64,000 bases of DNA from Lineus longissimus (Eukaryota). Position numbers and translations under genes: made by a program. The DNA lies in the NCBI RefSeq assembly GCF_910592395.1, contig NC_088308.1, positions 2,914,001 to 2,978,000 on the forward strand. Direction: 5' to 3'. Below the pieces are notes generated by a model. It made no database searches. It was given only the letters and a program-made list of their open reading frames with translations, and was not told the origin of the DNA. This document shows, one piece after another, positions 62,016 through 64,000 of this stretch (position 1 is its first letter; every line of letters begins with the position of its first letter).

Positions 62016-62406
62016 AGCCGCACGTACACCACCTGAAAATGGACCACCAATCTTGGTTCGCGAACCAATGCCGCACCAATCGAAAATCCGCCTAGCGCGT
62101 ACACCAGCGCTGCAGCTAGTTATAAAATCCGGCAACAGATGGCGCGCAAACAATAAGCAGAAAGCACCATTTCGAAAGCGCTGCCTGTCGCCGAACCATC
62201 TAACTAGCTAATTGCCGAACCATTAGCGCGTACACCACGACAAAGCCGAGCTTTTAACAAGCCGGGCGAATTTGTCCCATCAAGCTTGATGGGACAAATT
62301 CGCCCGGCAATTTGTATCGGCAATGGATTGCCGAACCAATTTGTCGCGGCAATGTGGTGGTGTACGTGCAATTGGTCCACCAATATTTCGTGGTGTACGT
62401 GCAGCT
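62016..62406. mobile_element. MITE (PIF/Harbinger-like) with 17-bp TIRs and a 3-bp flanking duplication
   Basis: agccgcacgtacaccac ... gtggtgtacgtgcagct (1 mismatch), flanked by TAT on both sides; internal gcgcgtacacca copies; 48-bp perfect palindrome at 62261-62308. Confidence 0.8.
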
Positions 62407-63807
62407 TATCTGATGCATTGTACTTGTAGGCCTCTGCACATCCACAGTCACAGTGGTATTGCACATACATATTCTCCAAGCATGCTTATGCTATGAGGGA
62501 TGGGGCCCAAAGTGAGAGAGGCCCACAGGAATTGACTTGAATTAAATTAAATTTGGGTTTTAATCTGATTCATTTCAATTTTTCATCTGAGAAAATACAC
62601 ATGTGGGTATTATAACGTCTTACCCATCCTATGAAGCTGTGCTGCCCATTGTCAGAAAGACAAAACCTTTGTTGCTAATTACACATTTTTTGGCCTCATG
62701 AAATCTCGGCAGCTCCCCACAAGCTATGATTAGAGACGAACTGAACAAAGGCTTATGATACTGTACAACAGACTGAATGAATATTCATAAGGACAGATTA
62801 GGATTGTTGATCATTCACATTAATTTAATTAGTTTTTGGTAATTAATAGACTGTACAAAAAAATTCCAAGAAAGTGTATCTTTACAACATGAGCAGACCC
62901 ACACCACAATATATTTCACAAAAAAAACCATGATATAAAGATAAAACTACAGGCAAGAGTCTGAGAACAAAGCAAACCTACATTGATAAAATAAACAGCT
63001 TCACTCCTAAACATGTGAACAATTTCATAAATCTTAGTAAAAATCAACAGCGCAATTTTCATGTCATCCAAACAATGAATCCATCCCGAACGCAAAATTA
63101 TTAAATGTCCAAGTCATGACAAAGCGAACTGTATCGTGTAATCCGAAGGAGAGTGAATACACCGTGTCAATCTCGTGTTGGATCAGATCCATGAGTGGGC
63201 TGGGATCGTGACAGCTTGGCCCAACAATTCACTGCACACAATGTCATCGTCAAAGGTTTTGTGGATCTAACAATGAGAGGAAAGCTTCCCCTCAGCAGCA
63301 GTAGCAGAGGCTGACATGCAGGGTCGATGTTCAATAGTGTGGGGTAAATTTTAAATATCGACATGTATATAAAAGACTGTCATAACAATTCTGGTGCTCT
63401 TTTTTCAAAAACTGATGACAACATAGTTCTGCAATCCCAGAAAAAAATGTGAGATATCAATGATAATTTGCTGAATGTTTTGATAGCTTGTTAATGCATA
63501 GCACAAAAAGGATCAGTGCATAATACCCATTCTGAACCATCAGAGTTAATCGTGTAACGTTACGGAGTCCAGATCGGCGGATTGGACCCAAGGCTTGAGG
63601 GTCAAGATGATACAAAGCAGGCAATATGTCAAATTACCATTGATACTAACTTCATTGTCTTCATATATGAAGCAACTACAGCTAAAAAGACAAATCCACT
63701 TCATGAGAAATTGAACGGCACTGTGTTGAAATTCCCATCAAAATGTATACAATAACATTTTGATTTTGATTTTCATTGTTTATGCTTATCCACAAATTAC
63801 CTCACCA

Positions 63808-63996
63808 AAGTCCACGTCAAATCTCACAATGTCTTTGTAATTTCATTTACAGATCTTATCAATCCAATTTTAATCCTATATTCTTGCATTTTTAAAATAT
63901 TTTGTCCAAAATCTAGGCAAATTTTCACCAATGTCATAATTGATCTCATCCAAGTCCACGTCAAATCTCACGTGTCGTAATTTCATTTACAAATCT
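63808..63996. repeat. Direct repeat aagtccacgtcaaatctcac...gtaatttcatttaca (2 copies)
   Basis: Copies start at about 63808 and 63952. Confidence 0.75.
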
Positions 63997-64000
63997 AATC

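Noticed and set aside
61664..64000. Upstream cytohesin coiled-coil/start exons
   Set aside because: No matching exon with a phase-0 donor found; presumably beyond the window

Overview
Eukaryotic, intron-rich animal DNA, probably a marine invertebrate; the repeat types suggest a lophotrochozoan, but the species cannot be identified. Most of the window (about 21.9-64 kb, minus strand) is a cytohesin (ARNO/GRP1/Steppke-family Arf-GEF) gene. I could splice 11 coding exons with GT-AG ends and consistent phases, covering the end of the coiled coil, Sec7, PH and the polybasic tail; its first exon(s) lie beyond the window. Its two large introns are the most interesting parts. (1) The 13.7-kb intron that splits the PH-domain 'GG' lipid-specificity loop holds a candidate 15-nt in-frame microexon (KQG-ASKLS-GRY) and a complete, apparently young DIRS1-type tyrosine-recombinase retrotransposon (identical ITRs, ICR, gag, RT-RNaseH-methyltransferase, recombinase). 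(2) The 16-kb intron upstream of the Sec7 exons holds about 13 ATG-initiated ORFs that end at a splice donor in the phase required by the Sec7 exon, suggesting an array of alternative first exons. Downstream is the first coding exon of a second, unidentified minus-strand gene (20.6-20.8 kb), followed by about 20 kb in which I recognise no exon. MITEs, Helentron/DINE-like elements and microsatellites are also present. All splicing calls are predictions from sequence alone.
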